Shown here in pieces: positions 38,928-48,300 of a stretch of 64,000 nt of DNA. The notes beneath the pieces were generated by a model. It was given only the letters and a program-made list of their open reading frames with translations, ran no database searches and had not been told where the DNA came from. Source of the stretch: an uncultured Clostridia bacterium (GTDB lineage Bacteria; Bacillota; Clostridia; Christensenellales; UBA1242). The stretch covers positions 44,769 through 108,768 of the forward strand of contig CALWGY010000004.1 of assembly GCA_944380265.1 (NCBI GenBank), read 5' to 3'. Position numbers and translations under genes: made by a program. Numbering within the stretch: position 1 is the first letter of the stretch; the number at the start of each line of letters is the position of its first letter.

Positions 38928-39070
38928 AACAAGAATTTTTCTTGTTTTAATTTTTTTGATAATAAAAAAACATAACAATAAAAAACAAATGAGTTTTATG
39001 CATTTATTTTTTTTGTTTTAAGTTTATGTTTAATATTTTTTTATGATATAATAATAATTGGAGAAAACAT

Positions 39071-40138
39071 ATGGGAAAAATAAAATGTGATTTTAATGTG
39101 CATCTAGACAACTTTGTTAATTATGAAGCAGTTAAAAATGTTTTAATGATGGCGGAAAAACACAAAGTTAAAGCAATAAGTCTTATGGAACATGATGCAC
39201 TTAATTTATATAAAGCTAATGGTGTGCTATATAACTTAATACAAACTGGCGAAATAAACAATTATTACACAGGAAAAATTGTTTCTGGAATTGAACTTAA
39301 TTGCATAATTAATGATGTGCCAATTTCAAAACTTAAATTTAATTATAACAACTATAACATGCATTTAACATTGCTTGATTTTGATTGCGAGAAAATGGAA
39401 ACTTTTAAATGGTTTGACACAAAGTTTTTGGAAAAGTGTTTTTTAAAAGATGTTAAGGCAATTATAAAAATTTTAAAAAAGTTAAAACTTGAAGCACCTA
39501 AAAAAAGGTATTTTAAGTATGGCACAAAAGTTGGAACGCAAGTTTTTAATTTTATGAATGAAAATTTGGATAGAAAACAAAAGTATCAATTAAAACTTGG
39601 TGTTTTTGAAAATTCAGTGGATTTTAACAATTTGTTTTTGGATCCAACTAGCAAACTGTTTTTTAAAAGTGCAGCCATTCCGTATTTAACAGATGTGTTA
39701 GAATTTGCAAAAAGCATTGATGCAAGAATTTATATTTCGCACCCTTGCTACATGAATGCAAAGTTTAACACAACAGATTATTTAGACACACTTTTAAGTT
39801 TAAAAACAGATTTGGCTTTTCCATATGATGGTTTGGAAGTTAATTATCATTTAAATTCGGTTAACGACACAAAACTTTTGCATGATTATGCAACTTCTCA
39901 CAATTTAGATGAGTGTGGTGGCACAGGTTTTAAGTATGCAATAACACCGCAAAATCCAACAGGACAAACCTATGTTGTTAGTAACGGACAAAAAAGTTAT
40001 TTTGTTCCAATTGTTGGAAACATGATTAAAACTTTTTACGAAACTGGAAATGGTGATGCATTAATGGAAGAAAGTTTTGTTAACAGATTAAGCGATATTA
40101 GAGAACAAAAAAGATTTGGTGGAACGGAAGAAAATTAA
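39071..40138 (+). CDS. Hypothetical protein, possibly a degenerate PHP-domain fold
   Basis: The N-terminal CDFNVHLD..KAISLMEHD resembles PHP motif 1-2 but lacks one His. Weak call. Confidence 0.3.
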   Translation: MGKIKCDFNVHLDNFVNYEAVKNVLMMAEKHKVKAISLMEHDALNLYKANGVLYNLIQTGEINNYYTGKIVSGIELNCIINDVPISKLKFNYNNYNMHLTLLDFDCEKMETFKWFDTKFLEKCFLKDVKAIIKILKKLKLEAPKKRYFKYGTKVGTQVFNFMNENLDRKQKYQLKLGVFENSVDFNNLFLDPTSKLFFKSAAIPYLTDVLEFAKSIDARIYISHPCYMNAKFNTTDYLDTLLSLKTDLAFPYDGLEVNYHLNSVNDTKLLHDYATSHNLDECGGTGFKYAITPQNPTGQTYVVSNGQKSYFVPIVGNMIKTFYETGNGDALMEESFVNRLSDIREQKRFGGTEEN

Positions 40139-40374
40139 AAAAACAAACAAATTTCTTGTTTGTTTTTTTTTGATTTTTATTTTTTGGTTTCATATTTTTT
40201 AGTGCTAAAAATAAACTTGAATTTTATTCTAAGTAATTTTTTTAAATATTGAATGCTGCAAATATAAAAGCAATTTTAATTTAAAAAATCCAAAATTTGG
40301 AAAATTAAATATTATTTTGTTTTTTTGCACACAATAAAGTTATTAAGTTTTTAAAAATTTTGGTTGGGAAATTT

Positions 40375-40611
40375 ATGGAAGATAAAAATGGTTTTAATTT
40401 TGAAAATTTGGTTAATAATTTAAAAGATAAAAGGGTTGATTGTAACTTTAAAAAAAATTTAGAGCATACAATAAATAACAATAGTTATTGCAGTTTGCTA
40501 AAAAGTTTTTATGCAGAACATAAAAATTTCATGGTTGAACTGGCAGAAGAAAACATTAATACTATTGTTGACCTAAATAATTATGTTAACTGGATTAAAT
40601 ATGGTAAATAA
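40375..40611 (+). CDS. 78-aa protein overlapping the mazF start; candidate non-canonical antitoxin
   Basis: Called from position only: its stop overlaps the mazF start in ATGGTAAATAA. I see no resemblance to RHH or AbrB-type MazE. Confidence 0.35.
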   Translation: MEDKNGFNFENLVNNLKDKRVDCNFKKNLEHTINNNSYCSLLKSFYAEHKNFMVELAEENINTIVDLNNYVNWIKYGK

Positions 40612-40954
40612 TGAAATTAAACGAGGAGAATTATATTATGCTGATTTAAGCCCTGTTGTTGGAAGTGAACAAGGGGGAGTTAGACCTGTGTTAATTGTGC
40701 AGAACGATGTTGGAAACAAGTTTAGTCCAACCGTTATTGCAGCGGCAATAACAAGTCAAATTAACAAAGCAAAAATTCCAACACACATTGAAGTTAAGGC
40801 TAGTGATGTTGGGTTGCCCAAAGACTCGGTGGTGCTACTTGAACAATTACGAACTCTTGACAAACGCAGGTTAAAGGAAAAAATTGGAGAATTGGACATA
40901 AAAAAAATGAAAATGGTTGACAGTGCTTTGTTAATAAGTTTGGGGTTTAACTAA
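40601..40954 (+). CDS. mazF: MazF/EndoA (PemK-family) mRNA interferase toxin
   Basis: [77 protein letters not shown] is very close to Bacillus EndoA. An alternative upstream ATG exists at 40583. Confidence 0.9.
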   Translation: MVNNEIKRGELYYADLSPVVGSEQGGVRPVLIVQNDVGNKFSPTVIAAAITSQINKAKIPTHIEVKASDVGLPKDSVVLLEQLRTLDKRRLKEKIGELDIKKMKMVDSALLISLGFN

Positions 40955-40984
40955 AAGGCAATCTTAATTGGATTGCTTTTTTTG
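40953..40984. terminator. Intrinsic terminator after mazF
   Basis: Stem GCAATC/GATTGC, loop TTAATTG, then TTTTTTT. Confidence 0.75.
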
Positions 40985-41030
40985 TTTTAAAAATTGGAAT
41001 TGAACAAGCCTTAATTTGTGGTTGGCAAAT

Positions 41031-41197
41031 TGTGTTGTATGTGGAAAAGGTGAGTAAAAACTTTTAGTGGGGTAAGCCCTGCGATGTTAAAATTTAACAT
41101 CGGGTAAATTTTAACTTTTGCTTTCGCAAAATGGCACAAGGGGTTGTGCCAGAGCAGGGCGGAAACCTTAAATTTACAATAACTTTATAATAACACG
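41031..41197 (+). ncRNA. Unclassified structured element, copy B (closing helix P0 plus four-way junction P1-P4)
   Basis: P0 is 41031-41040/41187-41197. P1 is 41076-41082/41154-41160 (GCCCTGC/GCAGGGC). P2 is 41086-41096/41105-41115. P3 is 41116-41121/41126-41131. P4 is 41133-41139/41144-41150. P2 and P4 match copy A in sequence, while P1 has a different sequence but still pairs. Confidence 0.5.
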
Positions 41198-41325
41198 TAA
41201 TTATTGTTTTAAATAATAAAATTTAAAAATAATAAAACCATACTTTTTTAAAAAATCACAACAAGAAAAAAACAAAAAAACTTTATTAAAACATTTGACA
41301 AATGCAACTTTATTAAAAATTGGGT

Positions 41326-41354
41326 ATTGCAATTTGATTTGTTTGGTGTTACAA
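41326..41354 (+). promoter_or_regulatory. Sigma-A promoter for the 309-aa ORFan gene
   Basis: TTGCAA, a 17-nt spacer ending in TGT (extended -10), then TACAAT. The start codon is 26 nt downstream. Confidence 0.55.
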
Positions 41355-41379
41355 TTTAGTATCAAAAAGGTGGTATATT

Positions 41380-42309
41380 ATGGAATTTGTAACAAATGAA
41401 TATAAAGAATATTTCAAAAATGCTCATGAAACTTTAAAACAACTAGACTCAGTTGCATATGAAAACGGATTGGGTCATTTGTTTACTGAAAAAGAATTAA
41501 GGAAATTTAAATACGCTTCCGAAGTTGACAGGATTAATGAATATGCATATCCGGTTATGCAACCAACAATAGACAAAATTATTGCTTTTGCACAAGATTC
41601 ATTTTTAAGTGAAAATCCACAAGTTAAAAATATGATAACACAACTTGTGCAATATAAAAGTTTTAAACGTGGCGGAAACAAAAACAGCAGGCAAGACAGG
41701 GGTGCAGTTGAAATTTTGAAAGATAACATTAAACAATATCTTGAAAATCCAACACAACTTCCAAAAGCAACTGTTAAAAAGAAAGACCCTGTTAAAAAGA
41801 ATATTAATCAATCAAAACTTAAAGAACCAAGAGTTTTCACTTTAACCGATAAAGATGAACTTGTTAAACCAAACGAACAAACTTGGCAAGCGTTAAGAGC
41901 TTTGGAAAGAGCATGGGCAACCTTAATTAAAGCAAACATTGAACACAGAATTGACAATCAAAACCCAACAGAAAATTGGGCTGACAGAATGCATGTTTCT
42001 TGGTTTGAAGAACTTCAAGCATATAAAGATGCAAAAGTGTTACTTAAAAAAGATGATGACAAAATTAGAGAAAAAGCAAGCACTTTGGCAAAGCAATTTG
42101 AATCTTACGTAAAAACAAAAACAACTCCACTTGATGCTGCAAGCACGCATGCAAAATCAAGACGTAAATTTTTTGCTTTAAAAGGTAACATTAAAAAAGC
42201 AGTTAGAAAACAAGAACAAATTGAACAACAACTAGTTGAACAAGGCAAAAATTTGGAAGAAAGATTAACTGAAACAACTCCAATTAAAGATGAAGGCAAA
42301 AATAAATAA
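41380..42309 (+). CDS. 309-aa Lys/Glu-rich soluble ORFan
   Basis: An RBS (AAGGTGG) is present. No signal peptide, TM helix or recognisable motif was seen. Confidence 0.6.
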   Translation: MEFVTNEYKEYFKNAHETLKQLDSVAYENGLGHLFTEKELRKFKYASEVDRINEYAYPVMQPTIDKIIAFAQDSFLSENPQVKNMITQLVQYKSFKRGGNKNSRQDRGAVEILKDNIKQYLENPTQLPKATVKKKDPVKKNINQSKLKEPRVFTLTDKDELVKPNEQTWQALRALERAWATLIKANIEHRIDNQNPTENWADRMHVSWFEELQAYKDAKVLLKKDDDKIREKASTLAKQFESYVKTKTTPLDAASTHAKSRRKFFALKGNIKKAVRKQEQIEQQLVEQGKNLEERLTETTPIKDEGKNK

Positions 42310-42500
42310 CAACAAAATAAAATTGAAGGTAAATGGTAAATAATTACCTTCAATTTTAGTGTTTAAATTAGAAAAATTCACTATTGACTATGCACAACAA
42401 TTTTGGTATAATTTAGTAAGAAATATTATGGTTAATATTTCTAAAAAAAAATTAAAAAATGTTTTACTTTATGTTGGTGGCACATAAAGGAGGGTTAAAT

Positions 42501-44786
42501 ATGGCAAATGTAACTTTAACACCAGTTCAAGTAATTGCAATTAAACAAGCAATTAGAAGAATTAGTACACAAACTCATATTTCTATCAATGAACTTAATG
42601 GTTATTTATCATCTGGTTTAATGCCTGATGTTGTTTCTCAGGCACTTTTAAATATATATAAAGTTCCAAAATTGGAAGATATTCCTGCTGTGGCAAAAAC
42701 CACAGTTGTAACTGTTGAAAAAGTTGCGCAAATTTATGCAGCTGTTCAAGAGGCAAAAGAACTTGCTTCCGCTGCTCCAAGGAAATATTTAACTGGTGCT
42801 GAACAAATGGCGGTTGTTACAACCATTGGTAAATTAAAAACATATATTAATGAATTAGAAACATTGCGTGCAGAAATTGAAACAAAGCAAAAACTTGCAA
42901 CAAATCCTGCTGATAAACGTAACTTACAAGACCAAAAAGCAGCAATTACAAAACGTATTAAAGCAAGTACAAAAGTTTATGGTGTTTTGTTGGAAGCTAA
43001 AAAGGGTAGTGTGCTTGAAGATGTTTATAATTGGTTGTTTGTAAAATCTGGAATAAAAAATGAAAAAGGCAAACAACTAAATCGTGCATTAGATGATTTT
43101 CATGCAGCACCAGATAAATCTTCTTTACCAACAGGAAACCAGGCACACAAATTAATTAATGAACTTGGCAGAGTTGCTGGTCGTGGATTTGTTTCACCAA
43201 ACCCAAATCCTAATCCAAACCCAAATCCTAATCCAAATCCAAATCCAAACCCTAACCCAAACCCTAACCCAAATCCAAACCCAAACCCAAATCCTAACCC
43301 AAACCCAAACCCAAATCCAAATCCAAACCCAAATCCAAATCCAAACCCTAATCCTAACCCAAACCCAAACCCAAATCCTAATCCAAACCCTAATCCTAAT
43401 CCAAACCCTAATCCAAACCCTAATCCTAATCCAAACCCTAATCCTAATCCAAACCCTAATCCAAACCCTAATCCTAATCCAAATCCTAATCCAAACCCTA
43501 ATCCAAACCCAAACCCTAATCCTAACCCAAACCCTAATCCTAATCCAAACCCTAATCCTAATCCAAACCCTAATCCAAACCCTAATCCTAACCCAAACCC
43601 AAATCCTAACCCTAGCCCAACTACTCCAGATTTTAAATATAAAACATTGCATGTAAGCAAGGGCAGAAGGTTTGTAAACTGGCTTGGAAAACACTGGTTG
43701 TTACTTGGCACACTTGTTGCAGCAGCAGGACTTACCGCAGCAGCATTTTTAGGACCAGCAGGTATGTTTGCAGCAACAGCTGTTGGCAGATTTGCTTTAT
43801 ATAATGTTGTAACTTTAGGTAGTATTGCTGTTGGTGCTAATGTGTTTAAATATTTATTCTTCCGTCGTCACAGACAAGCAGCAACTGACCAAGGTCATTT
43901 GTTAAGAAGAGAAGCAAAAATTCAAAGAAAATTAAGAAGACTTGAAAGATATAGACAAAAAATTAACACATTAGATCAAAAAATTGAATCATACATGAGT
44001 TTAGGAAAAACAAATGGTTTAAAACGTTACAAAAAAGCAATTAAACGTTTGCAAAAGCAACAAGCTAAATTGGACAAAAAAATTGGCAAAGATTCTAAAT
44101 TTATTGGTCGTGAACTTGAAGATAAAGATGCAAAAAAACCTTACGGAAAAGTAAAACGTGCATTAAAAATTTTTGTTGGACATGCTCCAATGGCATATTA
44201 TGTTGACAGGCACAACAAACATATGGATATTTTGGCAGATAAAACCAATAAGTCAAAATTTAAAGATAATAGGCTTGATGGAAACTTAACTGATGAAATG
44301 TTCCGTTGGCATATGTTCCGTCGTAGATATATTGAGGATGCTAAGAAAAGAGAAGCAAGTGCTGCTGATCGTGAAGTGAAGGCAACAGCAGATGGACAAA
44401 ATGCTTTAGCAAAAGCCTTTGCAAGCCATAAAGCAAAGGTTGCGGAAACTCAACAAAGAGTTAGAGATGTAAATCCAGACGGAGCACATCTTGGTGAACC
44501 TGCAAAAGATTTAGTTTTGCATGACACAACATCAACACATTTTGAACCAGATTCAGAAGAAAAAAGAAAGGGTAAAAGAAAAGCAGAAGAAATTGAACGT
44601 ATCATTCATAACGGCAGAGATGCTATGGGTGGATATTCAGGAAAAACTGCGGTTGTTTCTAAATATTTCAAAAACAGAAGTGAAGATATTGCAGCAAAAA
44701 CAGAAATTGCTGGGGACGCAAATGAAGCTGAAGAAATTAAAAAAAGAAATACTCCAATAACCCCTTCTTCTCACAGAACAATGTAA
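42501..44786 (+). CDS. 761-aa membrane protein: helical N-domain, P(NP)69 tract, TM cluster, basic coiled-coil C-domain
   Basis: AAGGAGGG RBS before ATG 42501. The Asn-Pro tract is 43197-43613. The hydrophobic cluster is WLLLGTLVAAAGLTAAAFLGPAGMFAATAVGRFALYNVVTLGSIAVGANVF. The C-terminal ~330 aa is rich in Lys/Arg. Confidence 0.7.
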   Translation: MANVTLTPVQVIAIKQAIRRISTQTHISINELNGYLSSGLMPDVVSQALLNIYKVPKLEDIPAVAKTTVVTVEKVAQIYAAVQEAKELASAAPRKYLTGAEQMAVVTTIGKLKTYINELETLRAEIETKQKLATNPADKRNLQDQKAAITKRIKASTKVYGVLLEAKKGSVLEDVYNWLFVKSGIKNEKGKQLNRALDDFHAAPDKSSLPTGNQAHKLINELGRVAGRGFVSPNPNPNPNPNPNPNPNPNPNPNPNPNPNPNPNPNPNPNPNPNPNPNPNPNPNPNPNPNPNPNPNPNPNPNPNPNPNPNPNPNPNPNPNPNPNPNPNPNPNPNPNPNPNPNPNPNPNPNPNPNPNPNPNPNPNPNPNPNPSPTTPDFKYKTLHVSKGRRFVNWLGKHWLLLGTLVAAAGLTAAAFLGPAGMFAATAVGRFALYNVVTLGSIAVGANVFKYLFFRRHRQAATDQGHLLRREAKIQRKLRRLERYRQKINTLDQKIESYMSLGKTNGLKRYKKAIKRLQKQQAKLDKKIGKDSKFIGRELEDKDAKKPYGKVKRALKIFVGHAPMAYYVDRHNKHMDILADKTNKSKFKDNRLDGNLTDEMFRWHMFRRRYIEDAKKREASAADREVKATADGQNALAKAFASHKAKVAETQQRVRDVNPDGAHLGEPAKDLVLHDTTSTHFEPDSEEKRKGKRKAEEIERIIHNGRDAMGGYSGKTAVVSKYFKNRSEDIAAKTEIAGDANEAEEIKKRNTPITPSSHRTM
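43197..43613 (+). repeat. 417-nt imperfect hexanucleotide repeat encoding P(NP)69
   Basis: AAC/AAT and CCA/CCT codons are interleaved irregularly. Higher-order units such as AATCCAAACCCTAATCCT recur. Confidence 0.95.
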
Positions 44787-44807
44787 TAATTAAATTTAAT
44801 TAGGCTT

Positions 44808-44841
44808 AAAAAAATCACTGATTTTACTCAGTGATTTTTTG
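44808..44841 (+). terminator. Intrinsic terminator after the NP-repeat gene
   Basis: Stem ATCACTGA/TCAGTGAT, loop TTTTAC, then a T-run. Confidence 0.8.
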
Positions 44842-45009
44842 CTTTATATTAATAATTTCTTTTATATGAAATGAGATTTTGGTTTTTAATTTAATAAAGC
44901 GTAAACATACACTTTGTATTTATTCATTTTTTCCCTCATAAAAACATTATACCATATCAAAGTTGATATTAAAATATTTTTTCAAATTAAAAAACACAAT
45001 TTTTTGTTG

Positions 45010-45038
45010 TTGACAATTTGTGATGTATGTTGTATTAT
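45010..45038 (+). promoter_or_regulatory. Sigma-A promoter for the ileS leader
   Basis: TTGACA, 17 nt, TATTAT. Confidence 0.6.
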
Positions 45039-45044
45039 TAAGTC

Positions 45045-45314
45045 AGTTTAATAAATTAAAATTAAAAGCGTTTTAAAAAAGGACAAGTTTGTTTTTTTAA
45101 TTAAGTTGCATTACAGAGAACCAATTATTTTGCTGAGAAATTGGTTGCAAAACAAAACAAATATCACCTTTATAGCTTATCTTCTGAAAAATGTTTTGTT
45201 TAGTAAGTTGATACGTTATCTCTACGTTAGTGAGAGGTGTGTGATTGCACATTTGTTATAAATGGTAATAATGCTTGTGGCATTGTTTTTATAACAATGT
45301 TCACAAGTTTTTTT
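45045..45314 (+). promoter_or_regulatory. Probable T-box leader (Ile specifier) with an AT-rich antiterminator
   Basis: The expected order of elements is present: AGAGA (45115-45119) at the base of a stem AACCAATT/AATTGGTT, a candidate specifier AUC+A (45163-45166), AGUA (45202-45205), and F-box-like ACGUUA twice (45213, 45224). The antiterminator helices are 45253-45260/45290-45297 and 45267-45274/45280-45287, around a bulge AAUGGU (45261-45266). The competing terminator is 45273-45307 plus a U-run to 45314. Confidence 0.6.
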
Positions 45315-45371
45315 AAACGCAAATTTTTATTAAATGTTTTTAAAAATTTAACAATTTTTAAGGAGTTTAAA

Positions 45372-48300
45372 ATGTATAAAAAAGTTGATGCAAACTTAAA
45401 TTTTCCAAACGAAGAAAAAGAAGTTTTAAAATTTTGGCGTGAAAATGATGTTAAAAAACAATGCATGAACCACAATGCTGGCGCAAAAAGGTTTAACTTT
45501 TATGAAGGTCCACCAACAGCAAATGGTGTGCCACATTCAGGGCACGTTTTAACACGTGTTTTAAAAGATGTTTTCACACGTTACAAATCCATGCAAGGAT
45601 ATTTTGTTCCAAGAAAGGGCGGTTGGGACACCCATGGTTTGCCTGTTGAACTTTCAGTTGAAAAAGAACTTGGAATTTCTGGAAAACAGCAAATTGAAGA
45701 ATATGGGGTTGAAGCATTCATAAAAAAGTGCAAAGCAAACGTTTGGAAATATGTTGACATTTGGAAAGAGTTTTCCGACCGTGTTGGTTATTTTGTTAAC
45801 ATGGAAGATGACTATTATGTTACATATTACGATAGTTACATTGAAAGTGTTTGGTGGGCACTAAAAGAAATGGACAAAAAAGGGCTACTTTACAAAGGTT
45901 ACAAAATTTTGCCTAGTTGCCCACGATGCGGAACAGCACTTAGTTCGCATGAACTTGCACAAGGCTATGAAGACAGAAAAGATACAACTGTTGTTGCAAA
46001 ATTTAAGGTTGTTGGAGAAGACAACACATACTTTTTAGCATGGACAACCACCCCTTGGACACTTCCTTCCAACATTGCACTTTGTGTTAATGCAAACGAA
46101 GATTACGCAAAAGTTAAACAAAATGATGAATATTACATTTTGGCGGAAGCACTAATTAAAAATTATTTTAAGGAAGGCGAGTTTGAACTTGTTGAAACCT
46201 TTAAAGGCAAAACACTAGAATTTAAAAAATATGAACCTTTGTTTGGTTTTGTTGATGCAAAAACCGCAGAAAAAGGCTACTATGTTACTTGTGATGACTA
46301 TGTAACATTAACCGATGGAACAGGAATTGTTCACATTGCACCTGCTTTTGGTGAAGATGACTCGCTTGTTGGAAAAAAATATAACTTACCATTTGTTCAG
46401 TTGGTTGACAAATTTGGAAAATTTACAAGCGAATGTGGAAAATATGCTTATCAAGATGTGTTTAGTAAAAATGATGAAATTGTTTTTGATTTGGAAAAAG
46501 AAAACAAAGTTTTCAAAAGTCAAAAACATGTTCACAGTTATCCACATTGCTGGCGTTGCCACAGCCCACTAATTTATTTTGCACGTTCCAGTTGGTTTGT
46601 TAAAACAACCGAACTAAGGCAAAATATGGTTAAAAACAATAACACTGTTAACTGGCTTCCAGAAAATGTTAAAAATGGCAGAATGGGCAACTTTTTGGAA
46701 AACAACATTGATTGGTGCCTAAGCCGTGATCGTTATTGGGGAACACCACTTCCTGTTTGGATGTGCGAATGTGGTCATTATCATGTTGTTGGAAGCAAAC
46801 AAGAACTTAAAGAACTTGGAAAAATTGAAGGTGACATTGAACTTCACAAACCATATGTTGATGCAGTTACAATAACTTGCGAAAAATGTGGTAAACAAAT
46901 GAAACGTGAACCAGAAGTTATTGATTGTTGGTTTGATTCTGGCTCAATGCCTTTTGCACAACACCACTATCCTTTTGAAAATCAAGAATTGTTTAAGGAA
47001 AGTTTTCCTGCTCAATTTATTAGTGAAGGAATTGATCAAACACGTGGTTGGTTCTATTCACTTCAAGCAATTTCTACTGCATTATTTAACAAAAGCCCAT
47101 ATGAAACCTGCATTGCAAACGGCATGGTTGTTGATGAAAAGGGCAGAAAATTAAGTAAAAGTTTGGGTAACTACATTCCACCAATGGAAATGCTTTCAAA
47201 AATGGGTGCTGACCCAGTTAGGTGGACATTTTACACAGGTGCTCAGCCTTGGAATAACATAATTTTAACTGAAAACACAGTTAGTGAAAGCCAGAAAAAA
47301 TATTTTGGCACACTTTGGAACACTTATGCGTTTTATGTTTTGTATGCTGAAATTGACAAATTTAATCCAACAGAACACAAACTTGAAGATTGCAAACTAA
47401 GTGTTATGGATAAGTGGATTTTAAGCGAACTTAACAAATTAATTGATTACGTTTGCTCCGAACTTGATAAGTTCCACGTAACCGAAAGTTCTAGGGCAAT
47501 GGAAAACTTTGTTGACAAACTTTCAAACTGGTATGTTCGTTTGGGCAGAAAACGTTATTGGGGCGAAGAGTTCACGGAAGATAAAAAAGCAGCATATGTA
47601 ACACTTTACACAGTGCTTTCAACATACGCAAAACTTTCTGCACCATTCACTCCGTTCATAAGTGAAACAATATATCAAAATTTGGAACGTAACTTTGACA
47701 AAACCAAACCAGTTAGTGTGCATTTGTGCAACTATCCAACTGTTAACAAAAAACTTATTGACAAAACATTGAGTGAACAAATGGAACTTGTTTATGCTTA
47801 CACTGAACTTGGCAGAAGTGCAAGAAATTTGTCTGGCATTAAAAACCGACAACCACTTAACGAACTATATTTAACAAATGCAAACAGCAAAACAACCCTA
47901 AAACCAAATTTGGTTCAAATTTTGAAAGATGAACTAAATGTTAAAGATGTTAAACAACACGAAGATTTAAGTAAATTTGTTAACTACACCCTAAAACCAC
48001 AACTTAAAACATTAGGGCCAAAATATGGCAAAAAGATTAACGAAATAAGGGAATTTTTAAGCACTTGCGATGCATTAAAAGTTGTTAACACAGTTGAAAA
48101 TGGCGAAGTGTTTAAAACCGTTTTGGGTGGCGAAGAAGTTGAATTTACAAAAGATGATTTGCTAATTTCTGTTAGCCAAAAAGAAGGTTATGCTTCTCAA
48201 ACAGATGGAAACATTGCTGTAATTTTGGACACACACTTAACAGAAGAACTAATTGAAGAAGGAATTTACAGAGAATTTGTTTCAAAAGTTCAAAATTTAA

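Noticed and set aside
43100-43711. ORFs 43100..43711(-), 43194..43694(-) and 43159..43656(+), which encode GLGFGL, VWIRVW and LIQTQI repeats.
   Set aside because: They are alternative-frame and antisense readings of the Asn-Pro hexamer repeat. They have no start context of their own and lie entirely within the 42501..44786 gene.
45237-45371. 45-codon N-terminal extension of ileS in the ORF track.
   Set aside because: The extension covers the leader antiterminator and terminator. A good RBS precedes the ATG at 45372, which gives the canonical IleRS N-terminus.
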